64,000 bases of DNA from a virus. Lineage: Duplodnaviria > Heunggongvirae > Uroviricota > Caudoviricetes. The notes beneath the pieces are model-generated. The model did no database searches. It was not told the origin of the DNA and saw nothing but the letters and a program-made list of their open reading frames with translations. The stretch is taken from IMG/VR virus record IMGVR_UViG_3300035659_000002, one strand, 5' to 3'. The position numbers and the translations under genes are program-made. Each line of letters opens with the position of its first letter. Position 1 is the first letter of the stretch. Below, one piece after another: positions 1 to 7,787 of this stretch.

Positions 1-37
1 GATATACTCAAGGAATATGAATGAGGTTTGATTAACC

Positions 38-787
38 ATGAAAATACATAGCCATTTAGGAACAATAATCAACAGGGTTAAACGATCTGCTCGATGCAAT
101 CGGAATGGCGACGATCATGCCAAGCTGTATGCGACGCTCCCGCATCTATTCAATCTGGCAGAATATCTATCCTATGATGGAAAAGATTATTCCCCCGCGG
201 AGGAAAAGGAAGCGAAACGATTGCTTGCCCTTGCCAATCTCCCGGAGCATGTTGACGAGAATCGGGGATTGGGTTATCACGAGATATGTGATAAACTCTT
301 GAATGACGGGAAGATCACGAAGATCCCGGCTCAACGATGCCGCAGATGTGGTCGAGACCTTTCCAACAAGGAAAGCGTGAAAAGGGGATTAGGACCGATC
401 TGTTGGGAGAAACAACGAGAAATGGAAATACGAGCCACGGCAGGATTAACAAAAGAAGATACCATCGCGGGCATTGATCGCATCTCCGCCGAACCCGAAT
501 CCGATGACGAGAAATATGATAATGATACCGGCGATTTGACGGATGCTAATGGCACGACCATTGAACGAAAAACCGTTCCTGATTTGCTCCGACCAGACGC
601 AAGCGTGAAATTCATCCCTCCATCCCCGATCATGGCCGAGGATAAAGAAATAAAAACGCGTTCCAATTTACCACCGGAGCAAGCCAAGGCAATTGAGGAT
701 GCGAAACGGATTGCCGAGGTTTTGCGATCAAATACCAAGCCCAAGAAGAAAACATATCTTGACGCGTTTTTAGAGGGAGGGCCATGA
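38..787 (+). CDS. DUF6011-type zinc-finger protein
   Basis: Motif RCRRCGRDLSNKESVKRGLGPICWEK matches the CxxCGRxLxxxxSxxxGxGPxC pattern of DUF6011. Confidence 0.75.
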   Translation: MKIHSHLGTIINRVKRSARCNRNGDDHAKLYATLPHLFNLAEYLSYDGKDYSPAEEKEAKRLLALANLPEHVDENRGLGYHEICDKLLNDGKITKIPAQRCRRCGRDLSNKESVKRGLGPICWEKQREMEIRATAGLTKEDTIAGIDRISAEPESDDEKYDNDTGDLTDANGTTIERKTVPDLLRPDASVKFIPPSPIMAEDKEIKTRSNLPPEQAKAIEDAKRIAEVLRSNTKPKKKTYLDAFLEGGP

Positions 788-1116
788 CAGCGATAGAGGT
801 CCATGCTTATTATTGCCGATTTTGTGGCAAGCAAGTCGAGCAACGAGCGCGGCACGAACCACGATGCAAAAAAAATCCCATGAACATAGCAAAAAAACAA
901 CGTCGAGAAAAGGAACGCCGAGAAGATGAAAAACATCCAACGAGCGTGAACATGCTCGAAAAGCATATCCGATTCATCAACAAACTAACATGCGATGGCC
1001 TATTTGATAGCCAATCCAGCTTCATTCGGGATTGCATCGAATATGTCCTCAAGCATCCTGACATGATCGAGGCGATACAACATGAGAAAAAGGAGAATAG
1101 CAAACAACAATCCTAA
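784..1116 (+). CDS. Zinc finger plus ribbon-helix-helix (RHH) regulator
   Basis: N-terminal CRFC...HEPRC; C-terminal TSVNMLEKHIRFINKLTCDGLFDSQSSFIRDCIEYVL (strand-helix-helix); ATGA overlap with the upstream gene. Confidence 0.65.
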   Translation: MTAIEVHAYYCRFCGKQVEQRARHEPRCKKNPMNIAKKQRREKERREDEKHPTSVNMLEKHIRFINKLTCDGLFDSQSSFIRDCIEYVLKHPDMIEAIQHEKKENSKQQS

Positions 1117-1384
1117 TCTACAAATTATCACGATTAATTTAACCCCTCCGGCTGTACGGGCATTACAGATTTTGCAAGACATGGGCTTATATCCATCAAG
1201 GTCCGAGGCCATCAGGTCGGCCTTGCATGATTTTCTCACGACCGAAATGGGGATCACGCCTACTTCACGAAAATCCAAGGTTGAATTGATAAAGATATCG
1301 ACTGACGCACGAGGAAAGGAAATCGCTGGATTATTAAAAAAATTACGAGATGAGAGTGAATCTGAATGCAAATCGTTACCGTGA
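1082..1384 (+). CDS. CopG/RHH family transcriptional regulator
   Basis: LQIITINLTPPAVRALQILQDMGLYPSRSEAIRSALHDFL is a typical archaeal RHH motif. Confidence 0.85.
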   Translation: MRKRRIANNNPNLQIITINLTPPAVRALQILQDMGLYPSRSEAIRSALHDFLTTEMGITPTSRKSKVELIKISTDARGKEIAGLLKKLRDESESECKSLP

Positions 1385-1632
1385 ATATTCCGAGAATCTA
1401 TGTTGATGTAATGACCAAGCTCACCACGCAAGGATTATATCCGTCCCGTTCCGAGCTAATGAGAATCGCAATCAGGGAATTCATCATTCGGGAATTGGAA
1501 CTCCTGGAAAATATATTAAATTATAAAGTTCCCGAGTGGAATTATGTTTCCGAATCCTCGCCGTCGGTTATAAAAAAGCCCGTGAAAATTGACATGCGAA
1601 CCATCAGGGCCGGATGGCCCAAGCAAAAATAA
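1366..1632 (+). CDS. CopG/RHH family transcriptional regulator
   Basis: MQIVTVNIPRIYVDVMTKLTTQGLYPSRSELMRIAIREFI; paralog of the preceding gene. Confidence 0.85.
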   Translation: MQIVTVNIPRIYVDVMTKLTTQGLYPSRSELMRIAIREFIIRELELLENILNYKVPEWNYVSESSPSVIKKPVKIDMRTIRAGWPKQK

Positions 1633-1976
1633 AAACGGATGAAATCAATACCATGAAAACCAAGGTAACACGACAAAAACTCGGAACGCTCGTTGGCAAG
1701 GGAACGGTTGCTTGCACGGCGACGATCACTGCCCGCGGAAAGGTAACCGGAATTAATTACGGCATCCAAGACTTCAAATCGGATGAACGATGTTTGCTCC
1801 ATGATTTAACCGTGGGAGGCATACATCTTTATTATACATGGGTTGATTGCCCTGAAATGTTACACTTGATTGGAAAACGTGTTACCTTCACGGCAACCGT
1901 GCATCATTATCAAAAACAGAATGGTGATGTTTCATTTGGCCTGCGGGACATGACTAACATCAAGGTGATCACATGA
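1614..1976 (+). CDS. Hypothetical beta-rich protein (possible OB fold)
   Basis: 120-aa ORF in an overlapping gene run; pattern LIGKRVTFTATVHHY...SFGLRDMTNIKVI resembles OB-fold strands. Confidence 0.55.
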   Translation: MAQAKIKTDEINTMKTKVTRQKLGTLVGKGTVACTATITARGKVTGINYGIQDFKSDERCLLHDLTVGGIHLYYTWVDCPEMLHLIGKRVTFTATVHHYQKQNGDVSFGLRDMTNIKVIT

Positions 1977-2212
1977 CTGAATCCGAAGCATCGGGATTTT
2001 ATTCCCTTTTCTTAAACAAGGTGAAGGACATCATTCTCCATGACAACACATCATTCTTCAACGTGCGTTATATCCGCAAGAAAATGGACATTACAAGTAA
2101 TAATCATTCCATGATCATATTCATTGGTCGTGCGCTGCACGACTTGGCCAATCAAGGTTTATTGATCGAGAAAAATGGCTCACGAGGACACGAATATCGG
2201 AAGGTGGCATGA
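1973..2212 (+). CDS. Small winged-helix-like protein
   Basis: FIGRALHDLANQGLLIEK helix-wing pattern; paralog of 3334-3573; ATGA overlaps at both ends. Confidence 0.6.
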   Translation: MTESEASGFYSLFLNKVKDIILHDNTSFFNVRYIRKKMDITSNNHSMIIFIGRALHDLANQGLLIEKNGSRGHEYRKVA

Positions 2213-2565
2213 TGGAAAGCAATGATGAATATCCCGACGGCGATATTCCCAAAAATCTCCCGGTTTATACATGCCCTCTTTGCGGGATGTCCATAGATTA
2301 TCTGGGTTTCTATTTGCGAAACAGGGAAACGTGGAAAGGCACGTTGAAGGAACTCGAAGCAGAGTGGTTGAAATATGATCACAATAATCCGAGAAATAAT
2401 TGCTCGGTCCAATTGGCGTGTTGCTCGTGTAATGACAAGCTCGATCTCGATGAAAAATCCGAATATCCATATCGAATTACCGTGGAGAACATGGTTATTC
2501 ATCAAGATTTTACACTTTATGGTGATCAAGAAAACGAGAATGATGATAATGACGAAAAAAATTGA
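2209..2565 (+). CDS. Cys-containing hypothetical protein (putative Zn-binding)
   Basis: YTCPLCG and CCSC motifs; acidic tail; ATGA overlap. Confidence 0.6.
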   Translation: MMESNDEYPDGDIPKNLPVYTCPLCGMSIDYLGFYLRNRETWKGTLKELEAEWLKYDHNNPRNNCSVQLACCSCNDKLDLDEKSEYPYRITVENMVIHQDFTLYGDQENENDDNDEKN

Positions 2566-2755
2566 ACCTATTATCGAACTTCAGAAAGAAAAGACACGAC
2601 TTCAGGCGGCATTCAATGGATTGCTTGGTAGATTAAAGAAAAATGAAATTTCGGTTTCCATGTTTCGACATCTTCAATTAGAAATATCAAACCAAATAAA
2701 AGGAATTATTGGAGAACTTGGTTATTATTATCGAAATGAAAATAAGAGTGAATAA
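2549..2755 (+). CDS. Small helical hypothetical protein
   Basis: 3-prime part of track ORF 2375-2755; start MTKKIEP chosen to avoid a full overlap with the upstream gene. Confidence 0.5.
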   Translation: MTKKIEPIIELQKEKTRLQAAFNGLLGRLKKNEISVSMFRHLQLEISNQIKGIIGELGYYYRNENKSE

Positions 2756-2757
2756 TC

Positions 2758-2874
2758 ATGGCAAAGAAAAAACAGCTCGAGGAACGGTTAAAACAGATTC
2801 ACGAAATTGCCATCAAAGCCGAAGCGGGAAACCGCCGAATATCTCTCGAAAAAATTGCACGTCTCTCGGAATGA
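2758..2874 (+). CDS. 38-aa microprotein MAKKKQLEERLKQIHEIAIK...
   Basis: Translated by hand; fills the gap between adjacent genes with 2-6 nt spacers. Confidence 0.45.
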   Translation: MAKKKQLEERLKQIHEIAIKAEAGNRRISLEKIARLSE

Positions 2875-2880
2875 ATAATT

Positions 2881-3141
2881 ATGGCAAAGAAAATCGACGT
2901 GAACGGAATAGAAACGATGCTTCCTGATTCCAAGCTCGATACATTACAAACCGCCGTTGGCGGATTGATCCAACCGATTCACCTTCCCGGTGGTGGTTAT
3001 GTATTCGTGAATGAAGAGGGCCTTTGTTTAAGATTGCCCATTAACGAGAAGGCCACGGCAATCGTGAAATGTTGTTATCCACGGTTCGATGGCCTGATTG
3101 TCGGGAATGTGGTTCTTTGTGACGAGAATGAAATTGAATGA
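2881..3141 (+). CDS. DUF3846 family protein
   Basis: LDTLQTAVGGLIQ...FVNEEGL...LPINEKAT...IVGNVVL is the DUF3846 signature. Confidence 0.85.
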   Translation: MAKKIDVNGIETMLPDSKLDTLQTAVGGLIQPIHLPGGGYVFVNEEGLCLRLPINEKATAIVKCCYPRFDGLIVGNVVLCDENEIE

Positions 3142-3150
3142 GGCAATTGC

Positions 3151-3324
3151 ATGATTAATGAAAAAATAAAAAACACGAAATGCGATAAATGTCGTGCTGA
3201 TTTACTCGTGCAATTTGCCAAGGCATCCAAGGATGATCTTATTATCCATCTTGCCAACGAGATAACCAGGATATACGACATTTTAATCGCGCAAGCTGAA
3301 CAAATCGAGAAGCTGATCAAATGA
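3151..3324 (+). CDS. 57-aa microprotein with CxxC and a coiled-coil tail
   Basis: Hand translation MINEKIKNTKCDKCRADLL...; fills the gap between neighbours. Confidence 0.45.
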   Translation: MINEKIKNTKCDKCRADLLVQFAKASKDDLIIHLANEITRIYDILIAQAEQIEKLIK

Positions 3325-3333
3325 GATGATAAC

Positions 3334-3573
3334 ATGGCCTCTCCGATAGCAGCCCAAGTCAAGAAACGTGCAAGGACCGCTATTATCTATAATGGTTGGC
3401 GATTTTTCACGTTCACCCAAATGAAATATGAGCTAGGCATTGATAAATCAGACAATTCGATGGTACATTATTTATCTCGTGCGCTCGACACGCTTGAACG
3501 TGAAGGCCATATTCAACGTGTCGAGGAGAAAAAAAGTCTCAAGCATTTCCGATATCAAGTGGTGAAAATATGA
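3334..3573 (+). CDS. Small winged-helix-like protein
   Basis: YLSRALDTLEREGHIQRV; aligns by eye with 1973-2212. Last plus-strand gene. Confidence 0.6.
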   Translation: MASPIAAQVKKRARTAIIYNGWRFFTFTQMKYELGIDKSDNSMVHYLSRALDTLEREGHIQRVEEKKSLKHFRYQVVKI

Positions 3574-3658
3574 AATGCGAAAAGAAAGATTGTATTTAAA
3601 TCATCATTCTGATGAGTTCTGGAGTGATAAGAAAAAATTTAGTAATTAAATAAAAATT

Positions 3659-5833
3659 TTATTTCTTTTTTGAACCGTGGCTTGCATTCTTCTTTTTACC
3701 AATGGCCTTGGCAATTATCATTTGATTGTTTATTTCAAACAATCTATCTCCTATTTGCGCCAACCTTGATGTTATGTCATTCGTTTCTTTATTTAATCGG
3801 CGGTATTGGGTTTCACGTTTCTTATATTCTTCCATATCATTTGCGGCAAAAGCTTCTTGTTGTATTTTTAATGTTGTCTGAATTTTAGAGGAGATTAATC
3901 CAAGATCCCTTTGAAGTCGTGCTATTTCGTTATTTAGTTCGTGCTGCTCTTCTCGTAATTCTCGTTCGGAGGTTGCTATGGATGTCGCTTTATTGATCTT
4001 CTTTTTACCAAGGGCCTTGATTTTTTTACCGAGCTTGGCAATCGCCACATAATCTATTGACCACACCCACCGGCGCGGATCATCAGGATCGGTATGAGTA
4101 GCATTTACCTCACCCAAGGTTTTCTTGATCTTGAAGTATTGGATACCGGGAGAAATCGTGTCCTCGGAGGAAACTTGCTTGTATTCGTTCCGATAACAAG
4201 TCCATTGACCAGGTGATTTTCTCTGTTCAGTGACAACCATTTGGCCTTCATATTCGGGACGTGTTTTCACGAATTTATCCAAAGCTTCCTTTGCTGATTT
4301 AGCAAGAACACTCCCGAGTTCTTCAGTGGAGAATGAAAAAAAGACATCCTCGTGGGTCATGCCAATCTCCTCGGTATCAATCTTGAGCTGCACATCCTCG
4401 GGGTTGCATGGAGAAATTAAAGACATGATAATCACGTTCATTTCATCCCCGTGTATTAAATCCTCGATATATCCCGAATTTACGAACTTGATGGCTTCTG
4501 CCTTGCTCGTGAACACCTGCACGTCATCGTTTTCGTTATTGAAGAATGCAATGCGGAGAGATGATATTTTTTTCTTTTTGGACGCATTTTCCTTTTTGCA
4601 TTTTGCAAGTGCCATATCAAATGCTACCCGGCAGATATTTACTACCTTGTAGCCACGAACGCTATCGTGTATGAATGGGGATTCTCGTGGGTTGCCTAGA
4701 TTCTTCGCTGCCTTGTTTAATTCATCAGCAAGACATTCGGCCATTTCTAAATCGACATCATCAATCATCGCGTCGATCTTGCGTGCTTCTTGAAGAGTCA
4801 TCCGAGTTCCCATGATCCAACACTTCAATTTTCCCTTCTTGGCAGTGGCCTTGTTTGCTTTGGGCTTGGGTTCTTCGGTTTTTTTCTTTTTCGCTTGATT
4901 TATGACCCTTATTTTTTTGAACCATCTCACCAGATATGATGCAGGAAGCACGTGTTGATATTTTAGGTTTTCTTCGGAAATGGAATGATGATAATCGCGT
5001 GCTTGTTTCTCGGTTGCCCAATTGCCACCTATTTCGCTTTTAATTAATTGTGCCGCAAAAATATCTGAAAACTCAACATCCTTAAATGGGATAAAAGCTA
5101 CCCAGGTCGCTTCTTTTTTATTTGGAACAGGCGAGCCATTGTCGTTATACATGAATCCTATGAATTCTTCGTTTTTGACGGTATGAGTAAAATCGTTCTT
5201 GGTTCTAATTTCTTCAAATGCCGTGCTTCCTGGTTCGGTTGAAATATACGATCCGGTTCTTGAAATGGTTGTGGTATGTGGTTCGGTTCTTGAACTTGTG
5301 GAAATGGTTCTTGGTCTTGGTTCTTCAAACAATGCTCCGACTGATCCGATTGCCGTACCTGCTTGAACTCCACGGGCAATTGCTCTCGTTACACCGGATG
5401 TTGATCTTGCAACCCTACCAGCAGCCATTGATGCAATGCCTAGCCCTAGTGCTTTGCCATATCTTGCACGGTTTCGACCATAATCATTGCTTGCATCGAG
5501 CTTCGCTGCCCTTAATCGTTTGATCGTGGCTTCGGTTGCTCCCTCAATCTTGAAATGAAAATTATTATTCAATTCCTTTCCGGCTACAAACGCGTATAAT
5601 CGGATTCCCTTCGGAGCTTTCGTTTTTCTAATCCCTGGATAATACATGACAGAAAATCCATCAACAAAATGCAAAGCTCCTGCAATTGGCAATCCGGTTT
5701 TACGTCCACCTTGTGGATTCACATCGCGTTCAAATTCGGCATAAGAAATGAAAATGAATTTGACTTTTTTCTTGTAAATACGTTCAAATTCTTTATTCAA
5801 TCGTGCTGTAGAAATTTTCGATTCGGATGACAT
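3659..5833 (-). CDS. Large basic mosaic protein with a glycine-zipper-like segment and a C-terminal coiled coil
   Basis: Track ORF 3659-5914; start at MSSESK (5833) avoids overlap with 5847-6131. LGIASMAAG...GTAIGSVGALF hydrophobic segment; long heptad-rich C-terminus. Confidence 0.75.
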   Translation of the reverse strand: MSSESKISTARLNKEFERIYKKKVKFIFISYAEFERDVNPQGGRKTGLPIAGALHFVDGFSVMYYPGIRKTKAPKGIRLYAFVAGKELNNNFHFKIEGATEATIKRLRAAKLDASNDYGRNRARYGKALGLGIASMAAGRVARSTSGVTRAIARGVQAGTAIGSVGALFEEPRPRTISTSSRTEPHTTTISRTGSYISTEPGSTAFEEIRTKNDFTHTVKNEEFIGFMYNDNGSPVPNKKEATWVAFIPFKDVEFSDIFAAQLIKSEIGGNWATEKQARDYHHSISEENLKYQHVLPASYLVRWFKKIRVINQAKKKKTEEPKPKANKATAKKGKLKCWIMGTRMTLQEARKIDAMIDDVDLEMAECLADELNKAAKNLGNPRESPFIHDSVRGYKVVNICRVAFDMALAKCKKENASKKKKISSLRIAFFNNENDDVQVFTSKAEAIKFVNSGYIEDLIHGDEMNVIIMSLISPCNPEDVQLKIDTEEIGMTHEDVFFSFSTEELGSVLAKSAKEALDKFVKTRPEYEGQMVVTEQRKSPGQWTCYRNEYKQVSSEDTISPGIQYFKIKKTLGEVNATHTDPDDPRRWVWSIDYVAIAKLGKKIKALGKKKINKATSIATSERELREEQHELNNEIARLQRDLGLISSKIQTTLKIQQEAFAANDMEEYKKRETQYRRLNKETNDITSRLAQIGDRLFEINNQMIIAKAIGKKKNASHGSKKK

Positions 5834-5846
5834 GATTATTTTTCCT

Positions 5847-6131
5847 CTAATATCCATACTTGATACGTGCAAATTCCTGGACATCACGTTGTTTGATGAT
5901 AACCCGGCCTTCAAAATTCATGAATTTCATGAGACTATTTAAATGCTCATTGAAAATCGTGTAACTTTGAACCCCCGGATTTCCACCGATACTCAACAGG
6001 ATTTGCTTCACGGTATTATCGGATGCACTATACCCGTTATCTGCAAGCCATTTCTTCACGCCGCCTTCTTTAACGCCGAGTTTCTTCTTGATCACGCTTA
6101 AAAGTGCTTTGATATTTGCTTGTGCTGCCAT
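5847..6131 (-). CDS. Putative histone-fold protein
   Basis: GVKEGGVKKWLADNGYSASD (alpha1-L1) and LMKFMNFEGRVIIKQRDVQEFAR (alpha2-L2-alpha3; compare HMf KHAGRKTIKAEDIELAR); R-x4-5-D spacing kept; GGNPG insertion in alpha2. Confidence 0.55.
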   Translation of the reverse strand: MAAQANIKALLSVIKKKLGVKEGGVKKWLADNGYSASDNTVKQILLSIGGNPGVQSYTIFNEHLNSLMKFMNFEGRVIIKQRDVQEFARIKYGY

Positions 6132-6146
6132 GTTTATTCACGACAA

Positions 6147-6194
6147 AAAATCTTTATTGAAAAATATCCCCGCACGGCGTGTAATAAAGATTTT
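6147..6194. promoter_or_regulatory. 12-bp inverted repeat (AAAATCTTTATT / AATAAAGATTTT, 24-nt spacer) overlapping the TATA-like promoter of the histone-like gene
   Basis: Arms at 6147-6158 and 6183-6194 read directly; the minus-strand AAAATCTTTATTA also occurs at 24410-24422 upstream of another gene. Confidence 0.55.
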
Positions 6195-6223
6195 GATCTT
6201 AAATGAGAAAAAAGAAAACAGGA

Positions 6224-6625
6224 TTACTTCGGTGTTATACCATCATCAGCGTCGTCGTCAGCATCGTCATCTTCGTCATCTTCATCGTCATCCTCGTCAT
6301 CTTCCAAATCATCAGCAGTGACTTGGGCAATATTCCTTGTTTGTGGAAGAGGCTGATACATGGTCTGTTGAGGATAATATCCAGGGCCAGCTTGCCGCAT
6401 GGGTTGTATAGGTCCACCACCTTGCAATTGGTTTGCCAAAGATGCCATCAAACCTCCGTCGCCCTCAATATAGAATTTCACCGTTTCAACATCAACCTCC
6501 CCGCCGAATGATTTTATCATGTCCTTGAATGCAGCGGGTTGAAAGGTTGCAGCAATGCACTTGCCATCCTTATTTTTCATAATACTGATGATAAGATGGC
6601 CATTGGCATCTATATAATCAACCAT
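6224..6625 (-). CDS. Hypothetical protein with a Q/P-rich linker and a long poly-acidic C-terminal tail
   Basis: Ends ADDLEDDEDDDEDDEDDDADDDADDGITPK. Confidence 0.8.
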   Translation of the reverse strand: MVDYIDANGHLIISIMKNKDGKCIAATFQPAAFKDMIKSFGGEVDVETVKFYIEGDGGLMASLANQLQGGGPIQPMRQAGPGYYPQQTMYQPLPQTRNIAQVTADDLEDDEDDDEDDEDDDADDDADDGITPK

Positions 6626-6627
6626 GG

Positions 6628-7065
6628 TTATTTCGACCTCATTATGTCACTTATTTCCGATTGTTTTATGGTGATTGATTGCTCCGTTTTTTCTATCACG
6701 AATTTTATCAATTCGTGTTTTTGGGCGAGTTCCTTCATTCGACCAATATCATAACATAGTGCTTCAAAATGACGTTCAGCATGAAAAAAAACAATTTCTA
6801 TTTCATTCTCTTTTTCATAAATTGCCTTGAAAAAACGATAACCAACGGCCAAGCTGATTGATACGGCAAAAGCCAAGAAAACATGAATCGGGAAAAAGGA
6901 CATTATTATCTCATAGGTTTGTCCGACGAATGGCATCATATAAAACGAGAGAGTAAGGAAAAAGACAAGGCCAACCATGACACTCACTAATCGACCTGTT
7001 TCAAATCTACTTTCTCTTTCCTCGATAGCTTTTCTTTTTTCATTATCAAGCAATTTCAAGCTCAT
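6628..7065 (-). CDS. Membrane protein, 2 TM segments
   Basis: Hydrophobic LVSVMVGLVFFLTLSFYMM and IHVFLAFAVSISLAVGY; ATGA overlap. Confidence 0.8.
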   Translation of the reverse strand: MSLKLLDNEKRKAIEERESRFETGRLVSVMVGLVFFLTLSFYMMPFVGQTYEIIMSFFPIHVFLAFAVSISLAVGYRFFKAIYEKENEIEIVFFHAERHFEALCYDIGRMKELAQKHELIKFVIEKTEQSITIKQSEISDIMRSK

Positions 7066-7529
7066 AATTGTTCAGGCCTCCGATCAAATCTATAAAAGAC
7101 TTCTTTAGCCCCGATTGCTTGTTTATGCCATTTCAACGATTGTTTGAATATCAAAAAGATGAATAACACGATGAATGTTCCAAACGATAATAAAGCAACC
7201 ATAAGCTGAATCCCAGGATTGCTTACGAAAAATGGCCCACCAACAATCAGTATGCCTACCACAGCAGCCAAGCCAAGTATCGTGTATAACATCATCCGGG
7301 AATCATACTTCTCATATTTAAAATATTCATCGAGTTCTTGCACCGTGACATCGATCCCGTCGATAACATGCTTTTCATCGGGATCTTTGGCCGTTTTAAC
7401 AAGTTCCTTGAGGGATTTCCAATCTACTTGCTTGCCATCAAGGACATGACTGCTCAATATCTTTTCTCGTCGCTCTTCTTCATCCTCGTGTGCTTTCAAG
7501 AACTGTCGTAGCTGTTTCATGTTTTTCAT
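7062..7529 (-). CDS. Membrane protein, 2 C-terminal TM segments
   Basis: Charged N-terminus, then MMLYTILGLAAVVGILIVGG and LMVALLSFGTFIVLFIFLIF. Confidence 0.8.
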   Translation of the reverse strand: MKNMKQLRQFLKAHEDEEERREKILSSHVLDGKQVDWKSLKELVKTAKDPDEKHVIDGIDVTVQELDEYFKYEKYDSRMMLYTILGLAAVVGILIVGGPFFVSNPGIQLMVALLSFGTFIVLFIFLIFKQSLKWHKQAIGAKEVFYRFDRRPEQL

Positions 7530-7645
7530 TTTCTATCAATACCTCTCTGTTTTTCTGATTTGACATATTCGATGTTCATGTCGAGTAACACCTTGTTCAG
7601 TTTGTAAATGATTACTTCAAGTGTTTTTCGTTTTCGCCATTTCAT
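7526..7645 (-). CDS. 39-aa basic microprotein MKWRKRKTLEVIIYKLNK...
   Basis: Hand translation; its stop overlaps the ATG of 7062-7529 (ATGA). Confidence 0.4.
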   Translation of the reverse strand: MKWRKRKTLEVIIYKLNKVLLDMNIEYVKSEKQRGIDRK

Positions 7646-7787
7646 TGTTTTTCACACCTTCCAAGATGCACGGTTCGTCGGGATGGATTATTCGTGCCTT
7701 GCCATTCTTCATGCAATATGCGATTGGTTTGTTTGTTGTTTTAATTGGCAAGGGTTGAAAATTGCCACATTTTGGAGAGCATTTCAT
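7617..7787 (-). CDS. 56-aa Cys-rich microprotein MKCSPKCGNF...
   Basis: Hand translation; four Cys; ATGA overlap with the ATPase stop. Confidence 0.45.
   Translation of the reverse strand: MKCSPKCGNFQPLPIKTTNKPIAYCMKNGKARIIHPDEPCILEGVKNNEMAKTKNT

Noticed and set aside
5400-5833. Zincin-like metallopeptidase at the N-terminus of the 724-aa protein
   Set aside because: No HExxH (KELNN at the equivalent position); similarity too vague.
6240-6310. GTC/ATC trinucleotide-like repeat
   Set aside because: Simply the codons of the poly-Asp/Glu tail, not an independent DNA repeat.
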